This document shows, one piece after another, positions 44,267-59,147 of a stretch of DNA of 64,000 bases. Origin of the DNA: Chrysomallon squamiferum (Eukaryota; Animalia; Mollusca). Every line of letters starts with the position of its first letter. Position 1 is the first letter of the stretch. Position numbers and translations under genes: made by a program. The notes beneath the pieces were generated by a model. It ran no database searches. It was not told where the DNA came from and saw only the letters and a list, made by a program, of their open reading frames with translations. The stretch is from the NCBI GenBank assembly GCA_012295275.1, contig CM022668.1:15438001-15502000 (forward strand), written 5' to 3'.

Positions 44267-45316
44267 ACCGCTGGGGATGTTAGAGTCATGTTTAGGATAT
44301 CTTTGTTTTTAAAAAAAAAAAAACTGCCTGATGGGATACGAAAGAAAGAGGCTTGAAGCAGATTAATGGATACTAAACGCTGCATTTTTTTTTTTTTTTT
44401 TTTTTTTTTTTTATTTTTTACGAAAAAGGTTATTAATGACAGATGAATCATGTTCTCGTTTCTGGATGTGTGATTGTCGAAGCGTCGTCTGTCTTGATTC
44501 GTACCGGAAAAAATATTTCGGAACGTCTCGCCTAATTCGGGAATGTCCGGAACATTTCGCCTGATTCCAGACCGATGCAGAAATTTCGTCGTCTTCCAGA
44601 AAAAAGTATTTCTGAATAGCTTACCTAGTTTCGGAAGTATTCGATATGTCTGGTATAGTTACGGAATTATTAGTCTAATTCCGAAACTACTCGTAGAAAT
44701 ATCTCGACTAATTCCGGAACTATTCGGAAGCCCTTGGTGCTATTGTTATAAATATTTCAGCTGCTGGTTTGTGATTCAGTTTCCTGTTTACGAGCGGATT
44801 TATACTTATGTTTCCTGATCTACTTCAAACAGGATTTCAAAAATTTGAAATTATTGTCGGATCTAAAACGGAAATTTGGAACGAAAACAATAAATTAATA
44901 ATTTAATGTAGCATAATAATTTTTTAAGTTTTTTTTTTTCTAAATAGGCGATTTTTAAATGATTCAGCTCAGAATCTTTTTTACCTTATGATCAAAATAT
45001 TTCTTCCGGTTCACGGAAAAGATGCGAGATGTTCCGGATTATGACGAAAAGGTGCGAAGTTTTACCTGTTTGTTGAAAAACGCATTTAGTTCAAGGTACT
45101 TGTAGTATCATTATATATATATATATACAGATATAATATCATTAGGAAGTTCGACCAAGATCATAAAACGAAATCAAATTTAAAATAATTTCCAAGTGAT
45201 CGAAGCACAATTAAATTTTTTAAATGATGTGGTAAATAACAAAAATTTTACATTCCATTATTACCGTGGACCATGAAATTTCCTTTTATTTACTACAATA
45301 TTTTTTATTTATATTA

Positions 45317-45349
<33 letters not shown>

Positions 45350-45354
45350 TGTTA

Positions 45355-45409
<55 letters not shown>

Positions 45410-45417
45410 CATCATCA

Positions 45418-45476
<59 letters not shown>

Positions 45477-46308
45477 TTATTTTTATTTTTTTTAAATTGA
45501 TATCTTTTTTATATTTTGAGGGAAGTATGGTGTTGTCTTTTGTGCATTATTTTTTTTTTATTATGCTGGTTGTATTTATTATTATTGTTTTTATTTTAAA
45601 ATGTACTGCTTTTTAAACTTTACTATTTCTCTAATCTTATATGCTTGTTTTATTGCGTGTGCGTGTTGTGTGCGTGGTGACTGAGATACTAAACTGAGAT
45701 CTTGCCTAGTAGTAGACGTGTTGTTTTATTTTCAAAACTGAAAAAAAAGAAGCAAGCTAAAATTTGGAATTGAGAAAAAAATATAAAAAATAAAAATAAA
45801 TAAATAAATAAATAAATAAAATTTGGAATTCGGAAAAATAAATAAATAAATAAATAAATAAAATTGATAATTATGATATTTAGTATCAACAAGGACAACA
45901 GCAAAACATTATTTAATTTCTAAAAAAAATTACTTTATATTGAAAATGTTATAACTAAAAAATATATGGCTGCTTCTCTCATCCCCGTGAAGGGTGTTTG
46001 CTCAGTCTGCCTAGATCATTGTACCCAGATCTAACAATTACAGTTTATGTAACATCTTGGTCTAACATTCCATCATTCTCCATTCCGCACAAAACGCCAG
46101 ATGAATCATTTAAAGTTTTGGCACTAAATATTTTTTTTGTGTGTGTGGATATTATCGATACTAAAAAATTTGATATCGTAATTTTTTTGTAAGCCACAAT
46201 GTTTTGTTTTGTTCACCTAATAATTAGTTTAAAGTGAGAGATTATGTTGCTATCAACCACAACAACAACAACTTTAATAATAACAATAACAATAACAATA
46301 ACAATAAC

Positions 46309-46366
<58 letters not shown>

Positions 46367-47302
46367 TACTAAGATGTGAGTTTGTTTCAGTTTTATCCAT
46401 AATAAATTTAAAATGTCATGATCATTTCCTAGATGATAAAGAGAGTGAAATGACAAAAGAATACATGGACATTGGCCAAAGATATTTTTTTGATGTTTTA
46501 GCTCTAAGCTTTGTTTGATACATACTGTCTTTCACGAAAGTTCAGTTGTGCATTGATATCAAAAGAGAGAGAAAGTGATAGTAGAGAGAGAAAATGTTTT
46601 ATACGGGATTCAACAAAAGATTCCGAAGTTTACCGAAGGATTCCGAAGTGTAACGAAAAACACCGAAAAAAGACGATACGTGTCGAAGACTTGTTATTAA
46701 GATTACAACGAATGGTGCTAGTTCAAGCACGCCTTTGATCTACACGTCTATGACGTCACTAGATTAGTGTCTGAGAGAGAGAAAGAGAGAGAGAGATAAT
46801 GTATGTTTGTGACTTATTTTTAACAATGTCAAAATATAATTAGTTTTATATGCAGTTGTAGGTGAAGAAAGCCAAAATCAAAATGTTGTTATTTATATAA
46901 AATGTATATCTATATCCATATGTATGTATGCACAATGAATATATACTGTATAGATGAGACATTTGTATTTAACAGTGGGTGTTTGTTTTTGTTAAAAACG
47001 AATGTATTTAAGCTGACATATATGACAAGTGAATTAACGTTTTATATATAATTCTTACATAACTTCATTGACTTTTGTATGGTAGAAATTCATTTTGTGT
47101 AGTTTTTCATCAGTGTATTTTGAATATTAGGAGACAAAAAAAATTTAAAAAAAGCAAAACGATTAAAATTATAGAATAAGACTAAAATGTTTGAGAACTT
47201 AATTTTCAATATCTTGAACCACATTGGTCAGTTTCAAAATTAAAAAGTTTAAGTACATAAAAGTATATACCAGTATGTATCTATGTATATGTATATATAT
47301 AT

Positions 47303-47361
<59 letters not shown>

Positions 47362-48240
47362 TGTATGTATGTATGTATGTATGTATGCATATATGTATAT
47401 TATGTATGTAAGTATGAAGATCAGTAGGTACATGAGGACAACGATGTTATATAGTTATATTTTAAAGTCTAAAATAAGGCAACGTTTCAGATGGACATTA
47501 AAATAATTGTGATATGTTTGTTAAGCAAATGTGTGATTCGATTTTAGGTTTTTGAGAAAGCAGATTATTTTTTATACCAGATGTAAATAATTGTATAATA
47601 TTTCATTTCCTTCTTAATCAAAATTACCCATGGTGTACGTGATGTCGTTTTGTTATTTTGATTTTCCCTATAATTGTTGATAAATATATATATCTGAAGG
47701 TTTTCGGGGCAAGATTGAAAAAAAAAAAAAATAATAATAATAATAATACAAATTACTTATATTTCGCTTTTGTTTATATCTATTCTCTTTGAGATTTACC
47801 ATTCCTTAGAAAATTATATATACTTGTAAATAATGAATTCTATTGGTCACAAGCCATTTCTATTTTCTGTCATTTTATGTTCGCATGTTTCCGTCTAACT
47901 TCGGGTACTTTCGTAAGTTATACGGAAACAAACGACATGATTTTTATATTTTTTTTTATAATATGTATAATAATTATTATAATATCTATAATAATAATAA
48001 TTATTATAATTATAATATTATAATTATTATTATTATTATTATTTTAATATGTATCGTGCGCCATTTTCTATATTCGTGCACGCTAAGCCAGTTTAATTAA
48101 GAAATGCTGCAATACGTTGACCAGAAATGTATGTTAAAGGTATTTAGTAAAATAAATATTTACACCAGAATCGGATTTCATATTTTATTTGTTATCAACG
48201 ACAAGAAAATGAAAGTGTAAATAAAAATGATTACTTTTAA
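44267..48240 (+). other. Probable long (~4 kb) innexin 3'UTR
   Basis: No coding signal after the stop. The region is U-rich with TGTAAATA motifs at 47582, 47825 and 48216. AATAAA at 48220-48225 is followed by a GT/T-rich tract at 48241-48260. Earlier AATAAA hexamers exist, so the end is uncertain. Confidence 0.4.
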
Positions 48241-49051
48241 CTTGTTTCTGTTGCTTTTCTCAAGAACGTTTTACGCGTTTGTTTGTCAATGTATGTGTTC
48301 GAGAATAAACGAGGCACTTCAGTTTGCAGATTCTTGTCAAAACTGTGCGTTGAAAATATTCAGTTATTTATTTATTTATTTATTTATTTTGTGTTTATTT
48401 TTTATAGTTAATTGTCAAACAGAATTCATTGTAGAATATGATAAAGAATAAAGAACATGGAGAAAAGATATCTGAGAAAGAAACAGAAACAGAGAAATAG
48501 TGACTGAGAGAGACAAAGACAGACAGACAGACAGACAGACAGAGAAACGAGTTTTACTAACAACATAATAATAAAAAAAAAAAAATTTGACAAATCGGTC
48601 AACCCCGATTCCAACAAAAATCGTTACGACAAATTGAGGCGCAAAAGAACGCCTTAACGGTCCAAAACACTTTGAAAAAAACACGTTTAAAATAATAAGT
48701 AAACAGTTTTCCCGAGTGAAACTTTCAGATATGAAAACCTGAGTGCTTGTTTTCGTCGGAGAAACAGAAAACAAACACAAGTATGAAAACAGTTGGGTGA
48801 CTTGAAGGAAACGAGACCGTACATGATTTAGTGGAGTAATTCTCGGACTTGCGCAGTCGTCGTTTGATAGCTTTATTGGGTTGGGTCAGAGGATTTGGGT
48901 GTGGTATTAAGAGGTGTGTCAGTGTTTGAACAAAAAAACAATTTAGCAATTTATAATTACGTTAGAAGACATTATTAAATTTCAGGGTTGAATTAAAATG
49001 TGTAGTTTGTATTAGTTATTATGAAACGGAATTTAAAAAATATATATATTT

Positions 49052-49262
49052 AGCAAGTATGAATTATCATTGTTGAAATATAAAGAAGCTTAATAAGTAC
49101 AAATTATCATTATTAAACTATAAAAAAAGTTTAGTATGTATAAATTTTCATTATTAAACTACAATGAATATTAATAAGCATAAATTTTCATTATTAAACT
49201 GTAAAGAAAATTGATAAGTATAACATTATTAAATTAAAAATAGCTTTATTAAATTACAAAGA
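49052..49262. repeat. Degenerate ~40-bp AT-rich minisatellite
   Basis: Recurring taagtataaattttcattattaaactataaagaa variants. Confidence 0.7.
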
Positions 49263-49811
49263 AAATTAAACATTTAAATATGTGCATTTGTTTTGGTTTT
49301 TTTTTTTTTTTTTTATGTTACAGCATACAGACTTTAATAAAGTACAGCCAGAGATTCTTTTATGTAACTCAATTGAAAGTAAACTTTATTGCAAATGTCA
49401 CGGATTCTATGTCGTTAAGACATTTCTCTTGTCAAACAATTTTTTTTTTTTTTCAATTTCCTTTTTATTATCATTGCTGTTACTTAGTTTAAGCAAATAT
49501 TTGATTAACCATAGTTGATGAATGCAGTACACTTTGTGATATCAGTTGGTTTTGAACTTCCAGATAAAGAACCCCTCTCACAAGGTACGATATACATGAA
49601 TAGTGAAGAATATGTATATATATATATATTATTATTATTATCCACTGTCACGTATTTTCTGAATTCTAGACGAAACGTAGATGAGAGCTTTTTTTTAACG
49701 AACAGACTAAAGTATGAATTTACAAAGTTTTTTTAATTAAATAATCTTATTGCAAGGACACGGATAGTTTAAAGAGGGATGTGAGATTTCAACAAAAGGA
49801 CAGAGCCATGT

Positions 49812-50148
49812 TGTAACGAGAATTAGCTCAGAGAAAGAACGTTTTTTTTTTCAAAAAGTAACGGGTTGTCGGATCCACCCGTTTCATTGACTCATTTTGG
49901 ACTCTTTCTTGTAATAACAAGAATTCCATAGCTGGTATATGACAAACACGTGGTATTAACTATCCTGTCTATGGGAAGGTGCATATAAAAAAAATCGCTT
50001 ATTGCTAATCAGAATGAGTAACCCATCAAATGGTAGAAAAAGGTTTCCTTTCTACTCATCTGAATGATACTTTAACTGTATACGCCCAGCACTGTGTAAT
50101 TGTAAATTGTGTGTGTTCAGTTATTTGTTATATAAAACATCGTCTTTC
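49812..50148 (+). mobile_element. Degenerate SINE with Meta/MESC-like central domain
   Basis: tagctcag head, then ctggtatatgacaaacacgtggtattaactatcctgtctatgggaaggtgcatataaaa..ttgctaatcagaatgagtaacccat. This resembles, from memory, the conserved core of molluscan Meta/MESC SINEs; not database-checked. Confidence 0.5.
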
Positions 50149-50716
50149 TATAGTCAGCAGACTTTCGAGAAAAAAAATGAGTTTAGCTATGAGTTTTGTA
50201 ATCTGTAGATCTCTACAAAAAGCAGTTTTTTTTCTCGGTATTTTATTTAGCCTCTAGAAAGAGATTAAAGAAATTATAAAAACTGCCAGAGGCCTTTATT
50301 AGTGTTGTTTTTTTATTTTTTTATTTTTATTTTTTTCCCCGATGTTTATGCGATCAACATTCACGATTTGACCTTAACCTTCATCGTGTTTTAATCATTA
50401 AAGGGAGGTAAAATCAATATGGCCGAAATTAAAGCGAGTTTTGACCATAACTGTGGGTCAGAAACGAACACATGATTAATATGACAAGCTAATAATGATG
50501 CTTATATTTTATATCACTTTATTTTTTATTTTTTCTTCTTTTTTTTTTTTTTTTTTTCCTTTATTCTAATACCGAACGAACAGTTCAGAGAAAAAATTAA
50601 ATATTAGTTAACACTAACAATATTTTGAAAATAAAATAACGATAACGAGCCTGGGATACCTACCCCCTGCAAATTTATCTAGAATTAATTACAGAGGGGA
50701 ACAAACGGTCAGGAAA

Positions 50717-50795
<79 letters not shown>

Positions 50796-51159
50796 AAATT
50801 AAATTAAAAAAACTAAACAGGTTTTGGAACTCTTTGGGGTCGTGTTTTGAACCCATTCGTGTCAAACGTGTTTGTATAACGCCGTTGTTTGTTACGCAAG
50901 ACTTCGTCGCTTTTAAAAAAAAAAAAAAACAAAACAAAACTGGAACAGAGATGTTTATTTAGTTCACCTGTCACATGAAAAGGATCTTCGTTAACCAAAA
51001 GCGCCGCTGAAGTTTGCGAGTTCGCAGAGTAAACGAGTCGAATTGAATCCAAGCACGTGACCCGCGTTTTATTTTAATTAGCGTCATGGTGAACAGTTAA
51101 AAAGTTGCAGCAAAATACTGTTTGCTTTTTACCTGCGGTTTGTTTGCACGCGGAGCTTC

Positions 51160-51173
51160 GTTACCATGACAAC
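51160..51173. promoter_or_regulatory. RFX X-box
   Basis: GTTACCATGACAAC fits the 14-bp imperfect palindromic X-box and lies inside a CpG-rich island (~50990-51240). Confidence 0.55.
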
Positions 51174-51450
51174 GGGTTCAGCGTGCTACGTAACTGTCCC
51201 CGGTTGTAAACCGGTGCATAGTTTGTTTTGTTTCAGTAAATAAAGTTTACAAACAACTAAATATATGTTACATACTTCAAAAGCGGTTTGATTTTTTTTT
51301 TTGTGACGTTTTGCTGTTTGTTTCGATTGTTTTGTTCGTTATTTTATTTTTATTCTTCTTTTTTTTATGATGAGTGTTGTTGTTTTTGTTTTCTAAAGAA
51401 ATACCATTGCTTATAGAATTGTACCAACAGCTGCAGCTGTGGTAGTAGCT

Positions 51451-51499
<49 letters not shown>

Positions 51500-52059
51500 T
51501 AGTAGCAGTATCTGTACTGTTTAATAATAATAATAATAATAATGATGATGATGATGATGATGATAATAATAATAATAATATAGTAGTAGCAGTAGTAGTA
51601 ACAACAACAACAACAGAAAAATACAAGAAATAAACGAAACAAGATGACAGGTTGGACACATGATACATCAATGTCCTTAGGACAGCCGCAAACAGTGAAC
51701 AAGAAGTGACCACTTTATCAATCCATTTTCTGTTGTTTTACATTTCTTATCTGAACTTTCACCTTTGACACGAAAGAGAAATTCTTTTGCCAGAACGAGG
51801 CTATTTGACAAGCTGCGTAAATTTGTTGTTTTACGTGTTTTTTTACGTTTTGATAATTATTACGAGAACTACGGTAAAATTTGTCTGTTAAATCACAAGT
51901 AGGTGTTGTAGGCGCCAGTAATCTGCTGTTGTTGTTGTTGTTTGTTGTTGTAGTGCTAGTAGCTGTTGTTTTTATTGTTGCAGTTGTAGTTTTAGTGCTG
52001 AAGTGGTAATAGTAGTGGTTATAGTTCATATTCATTGAAGTCGTATTTCTCTTCTTCTT

Positions 52060-52090
<31 letters not shown>

Positions 52091-52121
52091 TTATTATTAT
52101 TATTATTATTATATTTGTTGT

Positions 52122-52155
<34 letters not shown>

Positions 52156-53187
52156 GTGGTTGTTGTTGTTATTGTTACTGTTGTTTATACTGTTGTTAAA
52201 CAACAAAATTTTACGGTAGTCCATTATTTACAAACAACTGTCTAAAATTTTGATTGATGTCATAGTAAAGGTCATGAGCTAAATTATTAAAACAGTTTTA
52301 CCTTTTCAAATCTCATCATTATCTTAACAACTTTGAATCACTGAAAAAAAAAAAAAATAATTAAAATTTCAAGGATTATACATTAAATGCGATCAAATTC
52401 GCTATCCAGAATTTTTTACATCACACAAAAACATATTCTATTCGATAATCTACAATTGACATCCCAATTTAAGCATGAATCGAGAAAAATGAATAAATTG
52501 TGGCCTTGAGAAGGTTTGATCCTCTGTACTCTAATGCCCCAGTCAATGCTTTTAGACAAAGTGTAGCCCATTCACATCTATAGGAACTAAAAGATAGTGC
52601 AGAAATTATTTCTTGGCGAAGATTTCTTTTGAGATAATGTATCCTACCTTGAACTGGACCTAAAACAAAATCTATAACTTTAACGTTCTTCAAAAAGTGT
52701 TCATTGACAGCTGACCTTTTGACGGACTGGTCAAACTCTGGTCAAATGACTGGCTACCCGGAGTGCAAAGTAATATTTTACAGAATTAACTACCCGTTGT
52801 TATGGATATCGAGTGCAGTTTGAAACTTGTGTTTTTGTTGGGTTTTTTTGTACAAAACCTCAGGTCAAATTTTTAAAATAATAATCGTTTTACAGATCTG
52901 AGATCTGAATGGTGAGATAGTTGTTTTTGGTTTTAGGCAAAATTATCTATGACGCAAAACAAAGAAATGACGTAATGTTGTTATAGTTTTATAAAGATAG
53001 CGTTGTTGAAGTTGGTATTAGTAACATTGTTGTTGTGTTATCTGTAATATTACTAATCATAAATTTGTAGATGATGTCAATATTATTCGTGGAACCAAAG
53101 ACAGACAGACAGACAGAATACTTCCAAGACCTGGGAGTTTAATATTGTTTGTTTTTTTCTTGTTGTTTTTGTTTGTTTGTTTGTTGT

Positions 53188-53236
<49 letters not shown>

Positions 53237-54880
53237 ATTGTTTTTTGTTTCTTTTTGTTGTTGTTGTTTTGCCAAAGGATTTTATTTTCTTTATATAGAA
53301 AGAGATTTATTGGATAAAGTTTAAACAACATTGTTTCTGAATAGAACTGCATGCTTGGTTAGTTAGTTAATTAATTGGTTAGTTATTTAGGTAGTTATTT
53401 TAGTTATTTAGGTAGGGTAATTTGTTAATTAATTAGTCAGTTGGTTGGTTGGTTAAATAGTTGTTTACTTATCCTCTTTATTCCTAATGGCATAATCGGC
53501 TTTACGAGATTGGTAGAGATCACACAAACACACACAAACACACACACACACACACACACACACTCTCTCTCTCTCTCTCTCCCTCTCTCCCCTCTCTCTT
53601 TCTTTCTCTCTCTCTAAATCTCTCTCCTTCTCTCTCTCTGTGTATTGCATATATATATAAAATATCTTTCTGTGTATGCTCATTCAGCAGCAGTTACAGT
53701 AAAAAAAACACGATTCTTAAATGAGAATATGTAAGCTCAATTAACTACAGCTAATTAATACTATTATTATATATAATTTTTGTTGGGCGTTTTTCTTGCG
53801 AACATAAACACGGTATAAACTCACTTGGTATAAAATACGTATGTTATAAATCATAGTACATGTAGCTGATATTTTATTTAGCAGATGTGTGCTTTATTGA
53901 TGTCGTTTCCTGGATGATCCGTCAGAATATAATTCATTACTTCATCTGATGTGTCCTTACTTATTGCTGACGTAGGTCTTACTTTGTATATACATATATA
54001 TACACACACGCACATATATATATATATATATATATACACACAGCTATGTTACATATGTATGTATGTACAGCTATCACACATTACACACACATATAGAGAA
54101 CACACATACACACAGAGAGACAGACAGACAGACATACAAAAACAGGGACGTAGAGAAAGAGATACACTTGAAATAGTGTTGGAAATAATGGCAGTCGCAG
54201 TAGTAGAAGCAGTAGTGGTAGTAGTGACAGTAGTATGTTTGAAGAGACTGATCGTGGTAGTTGTTGTTGTCATAATAACAGAGTAATAATAATAATAATA
54301 ATAATAATAAAAGGTGCGTAGCAATAGTAGTAGTAGTAGTAAAAGTAACAGTAGCAGTTGTAGTAGTAGCAGTAGTTGTAGTAGTAGTAGTAACATAGTA
54401 ATAGTAGTAGTAATAGTAACAGTAGCAATAGTAGTAGTAGCAGAAGCAGTAGCCGTAGCAGCAGCAATAGTAACAGTAGTAGTTGTACTGGTGGTAGTGG
54501 TTGCTGTAGATGTTGCAGCATAAGGACATAAATAACCATAACTAAAAGCATTATGTTCTCTTAAGCCGGAAAAAGATGATACAAGTACTGAACTGTACTC
54601 CACAACGTTACAGGAAATTACGAAATGCTTGCGACCTCTAGAGGAATGCAAATAACCTCTAAATATCAATAAAGACCCTTCGGCTAGGACAGAAAGGTCA
54701 TTGAGGCCAAAAACAGTTAGGTAATGCATGTCTATATATTACACCTTTAGCAGTTTCGGAAACAAAGTTCAGTCTATAATTTAGAGTTTGACTTAGTGTG
54801 TCTGTTTGAAATAAGAAAAACAAATTTAAATTTTAATTTTTTTTTTTTTTTTTATTTAACTTGTTTGCTTATATACACAC

Positions 54881-54946
<66 letters not shown>

Positions 54947-55045
54947 GTTCCTTTAGATTAGTTATGTCATACTGCATTATTTTTATTTATTAAGATATAT
55001 TGTTATTAATATTATTATTACTACTATTACTACTACTACTACTAC

Positions 55046-55133
<88 letters not shown>

Positions 55134-55451
55134 CTGTTAGTTAGTGTTTCTTTTATCAAATTACGCTTTAATCTGATATATCTACATATACAATAACGTA
55201 AACAATATGCAGTATGATCCAGTTTATAGATATCGCAGTAAATCAGATATTGTGTGGGTTTAACGTTAATCTCTGTACAACGATATCTCAGGGTAATTAG
55301 TTAGAGATGTAGATAAAGGATTCATCATTCTGTATGACATGTTTTATGTCAGAAGTGTCACGTGACGTGTTATTAATCTGAGCTGTTTACCCACAGGCGA
55401 TTTTTTTTTTTTCCCAGTTTGTTTGTATTCTTTCTCATTTTATTTATTCAT

Positions 55452-55482
<31 letters not shown>

Positions 55483-55553
55483 TGGAACGTTTGTTTTTAT
55501 TTATTTGTTTATTTATTTTTATATTTATTTATTTACCTGTGTGTCTTTATCTG

Positions 55554-55596
<43 letters not shown>

Positions 55597-55650
55597 GTCT
55601 ATCTATCTATCTATCTGTCTGTCTTCCTGCCTGCCTGTCTGTCTGTCTAT

Positions 55651-55697
<47 letters not shown>

Positions 55698-56291
55698 GTT
55701 AGTTAGTTAGTTAGTAGTTAGTTTTATTTTATTTATTTAATCTCTGCGACCAGTGGTATATTTTAAACAAAATAAAACGCAGACAACGTCGCGGTTGTTG
55801 CTTCATTTTCAAACTTTATTGTTAGCAAAGTTTGAGTGTAACTTAACCAATAATAATAAAAAAAAGTCATAAAATTCATCTCCGCTGCTTGTTCAGCTAT
55901 TTGTACAAATAAAACGTAGACAGAGTTCTGCTTCACAGCTGCGCGCATCCCACTTCGTTCTCGATACATAAATCTAGATGTAACTTTGCTTCGATATTTT
56001 TTTTTTTAATGCACGACTGACTACATTTTGCGCCTCAGTGAACATGTATATATAATATATTTATTTTTGCCCTCAGGGAAAGCAAAATGTTTACTCAGTA
56101 CATTTTAGTTCACGCATCCTGTGATATTAAACGCTGGTTTTCTGGTTTTAGGTTAGGTATTTTTTTCTTTTTTTTTCAAAATGTTTATGGATGTTACGTT
56201 GTTTTGACAAAATAAAAAACATAACCAGTTTATTTAGAGTTTAATTTCAATGTATTTGTGTATGTTTACGTGTGTGTAAGTGTTTGTTTCT

Positions 56292-56326
<35 letters not shown>

Positions 56327-56680
56327 AGTTGTGTGAGTGTCAGTGTGTTGAAAATAATGAATACATAATGTACCACACCTAAAATATCTGAGTAATTACG
56401 GTTAGAATTTAAATATTTAAAAAAAAAAAATTGTGTTATTTATTTATTTGTTTGTTTTTCATTTGTTCTTTTATTACTTTATTTACTAATTTTGTAAAAC
56501 TATGATATTTTTTATAAAACTTTTTATATGTCAGCAACAAGTCCTCTTTCTTGTGCGCCTTCCCGTGGACAGCAAATAACTTTCTCTTTAATAAATAATC
56601 ATTGAAATAATTCAAACTGCATATTATGAGTACTGATCTGATGATCCTCTCACACACACACACACTCTCACACACACACA

Positions 56681-56766
<86 letters not shown>

Positions 56767-57086
56767 ATATATAAATCTTATGTCACTCCCATCTAAACAC
56801 CCACATACATATCAAGGTATGAAAGATTAGTTAATCTCTGATCCGTCACACGATACCGAGCTATTTTTAATCGTTTTTCTCAAACACACAAGCAAGGAGC
56901 AAAGATGACTTTCACCTAGCTTATCGAATATGAGATCATAATCGTGTGTTGTACGTGTCAATTCATGCGATCACGCGCTGACCTACATCAGATGGATGTA
57001 GATGTGTGTGCAGTAGATGTCTGTCGGCTATTTTGATCATTCTAAACCACTTTGTGTTACAGGGTTTAAATCATTTTCAGGCTCAT

Positions 57087-57117
<31 letters not shown>

Positions 57118-58130
57118 TTAGTTTGTTTGTTTGTTTGTTTATTATTTTTGTTTTATATATATATTTTTAAAATTTATTTGTTTATTTTTTATTTATTTAT
57201 TTTTATTTATTTTATTCTGTTTTATTATTTTTTTGATTTTATTTGTTTTGATTTTTTTCCCAATATATATATATATATGTGTGTGTGTGTGCATGTGTGT
57301 TTGTGTGTGTGTGTAATAAATATATAATTGTGTGTTTGTATTTTTTAAAAAGCTTCAGCTTTATCAAGCTGTAACAAATTTAAATAATCTTATTTGTATT
57401 ATATCAGATAACGTGAGTCATGTCGCTTACTTTTCCTGACACCATAGCACTTTAAATAACCAAACCACTTGACTTTTTCCCTCTTTCTTTCTTTTTTTTT
57501 TTTATCTTAGTGTTTTAAGTCTCGTATATTCATTAACTATAAAAAAAGTTTGATATTGATACCTGTCATCTCTTTTCATCTGAATTCAGTAACTCGCCTT
57601 GTACCTGACCTTTCCCTCGGGTGATTGATTTGTATAATATCGACGATCTTTATTAATGATGGTCATTCCCAGTTTATTCCGCATTCCCGTTTATCAATCA
57701 AAATACATAACATGCACGGGAAGAAGCTGATGTTGGCCAGTGTTTATAGCATCTGCCTAAGGTTTCGTTGGGAACGTCATCAATTTCCATGTGTTGATTC
57801 TGTTGTGTCATTTCTTCTCGAAGCCAAAATTTCACTGTTAACAGAAGAAACAGCAGAGACTTCTTGATTCTTGCCGTCCTCTAAGTTGATTTGTTTCATT
57901 TATTTATTTATTTATTTATTTGTAAAGTGCCGATTTCATACGTCAAATAAATCAGTTATTTCACGTGCTACAGCAATATAACAAATGCAATTAAAATATA
58001 ACAAAGGAATTCAAAAATAAAATAAAAAAATGATAATAAAAGAAAACATTGTGTCAACTCAGTCTTCTTAGTACATTTGATACGACTATTTTACTTGCAT
58101 TAGTTCCCCAAACAAAAAATGTTTTATGTT

Positions 58131-58290
58131 GTTTTGATGGCCGAACGGTAATGTCGTCCGCTTTCGGGGTTTGTGAGGTCGTGATTCGACTTTGTTCTTC
58201 AGATCCCGTGCGTTCCCAAATATTATCTGTGTGAAGAGTCTATTCAGATGTACATAAGACAGAGAATATTCAAAATTCTAAAATGTATAC
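58131..58290 (+). mobile_element. Same SINE-like family, copy 2 (internal deletion across the B-box region)
   Basis: A box tggccgaacgg. The segment gggtttgtgaggtcgtgattcgactttg...agagtctattcagatgtacataagacagagaatattcaaaattctaaaat matches the 19310-19427 segment. Confidence 0.65.
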
Positions 58291-59058
58291 ATATATATAA
58301 ACCTGCAAGCACACATATACAAAGATATATGGACACACATATATGCATGCTTACATACACGCAAACATATACAGATGCATAAAAATAACAACAACGGCAA
58401 CGAAATATTTAACAAATACGTCCTTCTGATCAACAACAACAACAACAACAACACATAACCAAAAAGTTAATAATAATAATTTAAAAAAAACAATAATTAA
58501 GTGACGTAATTAATATTGTGACGTCATTTCATTATAATGCATCATTACAAATTAAATACAGATAGAGGAGGGACTATCAGATTTATTATGTCTGCGAAAG
58601 GTAATTTATTTTTATTTCATTCTTTACTATGCACTGCTATTCTTCAAGTCTTCATAGAGTAACAGCTTTAATTAATATTCAGCAGTTTAAGAGAATATGG
58701 TTTCTTTATCAGGATGATATTTTATTTTATTTTGTTCTTATTTTTTTTTTCTTGTCTTCTTTTTTTTTTTGCCGATATTGATGTTATTTATTTATTTATT
58801 TATTATTAAAAGTAGATATATTAGCGACAGTACTGATAATTATATCAATAGCAGCAGCAGTAGTTGTAGTAGCAGTAATAATATAGTAGAAGTAATAGTC
58901 GTAGCTGAATTAGTAGTAACTTCATCAGCAGGACAAGTTATAGTAGAGTTGTAGTAGTTGCAGTTGTAGTAATAGTAGAAATATTAGCAGCAGTAGTAGT
59001 AGTAGTAGTTCTAGGAGGATGAATATTAATATCACACCTATATTAAATATACAAATAC

Positions 59059-59147
<89 letters not shown>

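Noticed and set aside
47406-47413. Further ATGTAAGT matches (here and near 59678)
   Set aside because: Both lie downstream of the innexin exon in AT-rich or microsatellite context. They show the chance background for this motif.
52440-57880. Non-repetitive patches (52469-52693, 54530-54780, 57600-57880) as exons of a hidden gene
   Set aside because: I could not build a consistent spliced frame or recognise any domain. BLASTX or RNA-seq would be needed.
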